A program made the position numbers and the translations under genes. Under the pieces are notes generated by a model, which ran no database searches, was not told the DNA's origin, and was given only the letters and a program-made list of their open reading frames with translations. Below, one piece after another: positions 60,440 through 64,000 of a stretch of 64,000 nucleotides of DNA (the stretch's first letter is position 1; every line of letters starts with the position of its first letter). The stretch covers positions 64,001 to 128,000 of the forward strand of contig JAEOTA010000036.1 in assembly GCA_016840085.1 (NCBI GenBank), read 5' to 3'. This DNA comes from Promethearchaeota archaeon (lineage in GTDB: Archaea; Asgardarchaeota; Lokiarchaeia; Sigyniarchaeales; SOKP01).

Positions 60440-63202
60440 TTAAATGAGAAATAGTAGTTTACCAATGAAATTTATAAGATCAATTATTTTTATCTTATAT
60501 TTTAGCTCTTTATGTTCATTTAGATAACAATTTAGATGAGCTATGCACTTAGGGCATGCAGTAATTAAATATTCTGCACCTGTATCAATAGCTTGAGTAA
60601 TTTTCTTTTCTTGTAAGAGTTTTGAATCTTCACTACATGAAATATATGCTGAAACTCCGCAACAATCAGCATCTTGTCTATTGTCTTCCATTTCAATTAA
60701 CTCTACAGAGGGTATTAATTTTAAAACTTCTCGAGGGGCATCGAAAACCTTACTCAATCTACCAAGTCTACATGGATCATGATAGGTTACTTTAATTTTA
60801 TCAAAACTTGGAAATGTTATGCCTTCAAATAAGTTTTCTTTTAAAATATATTCAGTAATATGGTATATTTCAAAATCAAACTCAGCACTGTCTTTGAAAA
60901 GAGTTTTATATTCATTTTTCCAAGTATAATATCCTTCAGCGCAGCTAAACACAATTGTTTTAACTCCTGCTTCTTTAAAGAGTTTAACGTTATATTTAGC
61001 TAGTTTCTCAAAACTTTTGATATCACCTTGCCATAAAAGATCATGCCCACAACATTTTTCTTCACCTAAAACTACTGGTGTAATATCACTTTGGTTCATT
61101 AGTGCTATTACACTTTTTGGTATCTCTAAATAATCTAATGTATTAGTTGAACTAAAATTTGGCTGTTCTCCATAATGACAAGTCATAATCCCTGAAGAAT
61201 CAAGCGATTTATTATAATCATCAAGAATTTGATCATAGCTACAGCAGCAATTACAATTCATGCATCTATTTGCCTCTTCAATTGCTTGTGCCTCTGTAAA
61301 ACCAATTTCTATTTCTTCAAAATTAGAGAGTCTTTTTTTTCCTGGTACAAGATTGATTTTTTGTTGCTCTTCTTCTTCAATCTGTTTTTTGGGTATAGGT
61401 GAACGTTTTAAATTTTCTTTTTTTATCCTTCCTTTTTTTAAATTACGTCCTCTGAGATAACGATCAATTGAATATGCAGCTTCTTGTCCGTGCCCTATTG
61501 CTGTTATAGCAACCATTTTCGGATTTGGAACAATATCTCCTCCCGCAAAAACACCAGGAATGCTTGTTTCAAAAGTGGTGTTGTCTACTAAGATTTTACC
61601 TCTTTCATGTTTTAATTGATCACCAGTAGCAGCTAGGATTGGTTCTAAGTCCAATCCTTGACCAATTGCGATAACAATTATATCAGCAGTAATTTTAACT
61701 TCCGAATTCTCAACTTTACTTAATGATTTTCGCCCTGTTTTCGGATCAGGTTCACCCCATTCAATTTTATAACAATTTAAAGCTAATTTATTGTCAGACT
61801 CTTCCGTTATTTTTGAAGTAGAGGTCTTAAAGTGATAAGTTATTAATTCCCATTCAGCGTCATGAATATCTCTAAGAACTAGTTTTAGATCTTCTTCAGT
61901 TAATATATCTACAAGATCAACTTTAGTTGCCCCTAGCCGTAGGGCAATTTCAGCAACATCAACAGCAACAGCCCCACCCCCTATAATTCCAAACCTTTTC
62001 CCTTTGAACTCATCTTTATTTTGGGGGAATTTATATTTACGTTCTAATAGAAAATCAAGAGCAACATGCACATTTGGGAGATTTTCTCCCTCAAGGCGAA
62101 GAGTTTTTGGAATATATAGGCCTGTAGCAAGAAAAAATGCTTTATAATCCTGTTTTTTAAGATCAGCAAGAGTTAAATCTGGTCCAAAGGATTTATTTGT
62201 TAAGATTTCAACTCCCATATTTTTTATGAACTCAACATCATTATCAAGTGCTTTATCTGAGAGTCTATGTTGTGGAACTCCATATCTAACCATCCCCCCA
62301 ATTTTATCCCCTTTTTCGAAAATTGTAGGTTTATATCCCATTCTTGCAAGAAAATAAGCAGCAGATAATCCTGCAGGTCCGGCACCAATTATTGCTATTT
62401 TTTCTTTATCTTGTTTTACAGGTTTTATTTTACTTAAATTAGGATTATTCATTTCCCAATCTGAGACAAATCGTTTTAAAACTCTAATAGCAATTGGATC
62501 GTCAATATATTGACGATTGCAATTTAGCGCACAGTATTCTGTACATATTCTCCCGCATAAGAAAGGTAAAGGGTTAGCTTCCCTTATAAGATCAATAGCT
62601 TCTTGAAACTTTCCTTCTGCTATTAAAGAGACATAGCCTTGGACATCTACACCAGCAGGACATGCGCATGAACATGGGGCAATTCCAGTCATATATGGAG
62701 TGCACCCCATAAAATAACCAATTTCTCCCTTATCAGTTACCTTTAAATCGGTTCCTTCCAAAAAACCAAGCTTATTTGTAATTTTTATTTTATCATTAGC
62801 CATTAAATAGGGTAAACTAGAGTATTCTCTATTATGATGACATTTAAGCATTTCATCTTGTAATGGTTTGTAATCTGAAGCGAGAGAACGGAGATCTTTT
62901 ATAATTTGAGTGAAATTAACCCCAATTTCTTCTTTTGTCATAGGGCAATATTCGGAACATAATCCACATGTAAGGCATTTCCAAATATTATTATTCTTTA
63001 GAACCTCTTCTGGAGATAAAAAGGATAAATCCACAATTAAACTACGAGGATAAAAGAGGTCAAGAAATGCTGTAGGACAAACATTATTACAGCGATTACA
63101 ATTATAACAGTAATCAGCAGCAGCATTTACTTTCTTAATAATTTCTATTGACTCCTTACTCACAAGTTTTTCAATTGGTTCTTTATCTTTAGATACCATC
63201 AT
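60440..63202 (-). CDS. HdrD-like (4Fe-4S + two CCG domains) oxidoreductase with an inserted GltD/NfnL-type FAD/NAD(P) module
   Basis: CYNCNRCNNVCP/CLTCGLCSEYCP; GYFMGC; APCSCACPAG...GRICTEYCALNCNR; GAGPAGL; GGGAVA; FAGGD; RCMNC; then EKCCG, YHDPCRLGR, DCCG, TACPKC. Confidence 0.9.
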   Translation of the reverse strand: MMVSKDKEPIEKLVSKESIEIIKKVNAAADYCYNCNRCNNVCPTAFLDLFYPRSLIVDLSFLSPEEVLKNNNIWKCLTCGLCSEYCPMTKEEIGVNFTQIIKDLRSLASDYKPLQDEMLKCHHNREYSSLPYLMANDKIKITNKLGFLEGTDLKVTDKGEIGYFMGCTPYMTGIAPCSCACPAGVDVQGYVSLIAEGKFQEAIDLIREANPLPFLCGRICTEYCALNCNRQYIDDPIAIRVLKRFVSDWEMNNPNLSKIKPVKQDKEKIAIIGAGPAGLSAAYFLARMGYKPTIFEKGDKIGGMVRYGVPQHRLSDKALDNDVEFIKNMGVEILTNKSFGPDLTLADLKKQDYKAFFLATGLYIPKTLRLEGENLPNVHVALDFLLERKYKFPQNKDEFKGKRFGIIGGGAVAVDVAEIALRLGATKVDLVDILTEEDLKLVLRDIHDAEWELITYHFKTSTSKITEESDNKLALNCYKIEWGEPDPKTGRKSLSKVENSEVKITADIIVIAIGQGLDLEPILAATGDQLKHERGKILVDNTTFETSIPGVFAGGDIVPNPKMVAITAIGHGQEAAYSIDRYLRGRNLKKGRIKKENLKRSPIPKKQIEEEEQQKINLVPGKKRLSNFEEIEIGFTEAQAIEEANRCMNCNCCCSYDQILDDYNKSLDSSGIMTCHYGEQPNFSSTNTLDYLEIPKSVIALMNQSDITPVVLGEEKCCGHDLLWQGDIKSFEKLAKYNVKLFKEAGVKTIVFSCAEGYYTWKNEYKTLFKDSAEFDFEIYHITEYILKENLFEGITFPSFDKIKVTYHDPCRLGRLSKVFDAPREVLKLIPSVELIEMEDNRQDADCCGVSAYISCSEDSKLLQEKKITQAIDTGAEYLITACPKCIAHLNCYLNEHKELKYKIKIIDLINFIGKLLFLI

Positions 63203-63396
63203 TTTATCTCAAATTTTATCATATTAATTCTTAATCCTCTGTTTATCAAAAATCTTACGCTAATATGAATATAACTATTATATTTTGATAATAAAAGTTT
63301 TATAAGAATTTGTTAAAGATGATATAAGTTATTTTGTCAGTGTTAACTGTGAAAATTAATGAATTATATTCCTGTTATAAAAGTATCTCTGTTTTA

Positions 63397-63645
63397 TTAG
63401 CCATTTACTCCTTTTTTTTTCCTATATGTGTGTTTATCTCCTCTAGGGGATAAGCCAGGATCCCTTCCTCCCCCCGAAACAGTTCTACCATTCCAATCAA
63501 TCATTCCTGGTTTAGATACACCATCTGCTGCTAAGGCTCTATTAATTACCGCATCCTTTCTTTTCTTTTTAAATTCTTTCCACCTCTCAGAGAAATTTTT
63601 TTTCATATTTCGACAAGTATAATAATTCAGTATAATAAGATTCAA
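63397..63645 (-). CDS. Small basic hypothetical protein (probably starts at the internal MKKNF)
   Basis: Short ORF between two minus-strand genes; no recognised family. Confidence 0.45.
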   Translation of the reverse strand: MNLIILNYYTCRNMKKNFSERWKEFKKKRKDAVINRALAADGVSKPGMIDWNGRTVSGGGRDPGLSPRGDKHTYRKKKGVNG

Positions 63646-63661
63646 ATTATCAGTTTTTTAA

Positions 63662-64000
63662 CTATTTTTTAGGATGACCTACAGGACATACTCTCAGACA
63701 ATAACTACAATAATTATTATTCAATAAACTCTCAATGCATTTAGAACGATCTATATGGGTAATTATTCCAGAAGTTTTTTTTATTGGTTCTTCATATACC
63801 GATCCACCTTTGCAATTTTTTATACAAGTTCCACATCCTTTGCAAAATTCTTTCAATTCATTGAAATCTCTTTTTACAGTCTTAGGTATCTCAGCATCAG
63901 TAGTAATCATGCTCCATCTTTGTCTAGGCCCAAATTCAGGAGTAATAATAAGTCCATTACTACCCTTTATTCCTAAATTTGCTGCTACAGCGTGTGGTCC
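63662..64000 (-). CDS. QueG/reductive-dehalogenase-like 4Fe-4S protein, 5' part outside the window
   Basis: The frame is open to the window edge: AVAANLGIKGSNGLIITPEFGPRQRWSMITTDA, FCKGCGTCIKNC, CSYCLRVCP. Confidence 0.85.
   Translation of the reverse strand, partial: GPHAVAANLGIKGSNGLIITPEFGPRQRWSMITTDAEIPKTVKRDFNELKEFCKGCGTCIKNCKGGSVYEEPIKKTSGIITHIDRSKCIESLLNNNYCSYCLRVCPVGHPKK

Noticed and set aside
1-64000. tRNA/rRNA genes, CRISPR arrays, transposases or integrases
   Set aside because: No GC-rich cloverleaf or rRNA-like stretch, regular repeat-spacer pattern or recombinase motif was seen by eye; a tRNAscan/Rfam run would be needed to exclude small RNAs

Overview
AT-rich window from an Asgard archaeon, most likely Lokiarchaeia. 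Evidence: a profilin, a Rab-like GTPase, a uDENN/longin-GTPase fusion, a Loki-CTERM-like tail and selenoprotein genes with a eukaryote-like SECIS. It holds about 50 genes for surface proteins, transporters, hydrolases, toxin-antitoxin pairs and a redox cluster at 46.9-63.2 kb. The ORF track misses two RNA-level decoding events. (1) The 4Fe-4S ferredoxin gene after an aldehyde:ferredoxin oxidoreductase is split by a 32-nt insertion (57176-57207). It folds into a bulge-helix-bulge (BHB) motif whose canonical cut sites restore the frame and the CxxCxxCxxxC motif, so it is a candidate tRNA-type intron in an Asgard mRNA. (2) hdrA (3 in-frame UGA) and mvhD/vhuD (2 in-frame UGA) are selenoprotein genes that appear to share one AUGA..AAA..GA SECIS hairpin downstream of mvhD. 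Several intergenic gaps contain decayed gene stubs, and three genes appear to use CTG, ATA or ATT starts. All family assignments come from motif recognition by eye; no database searches were run.
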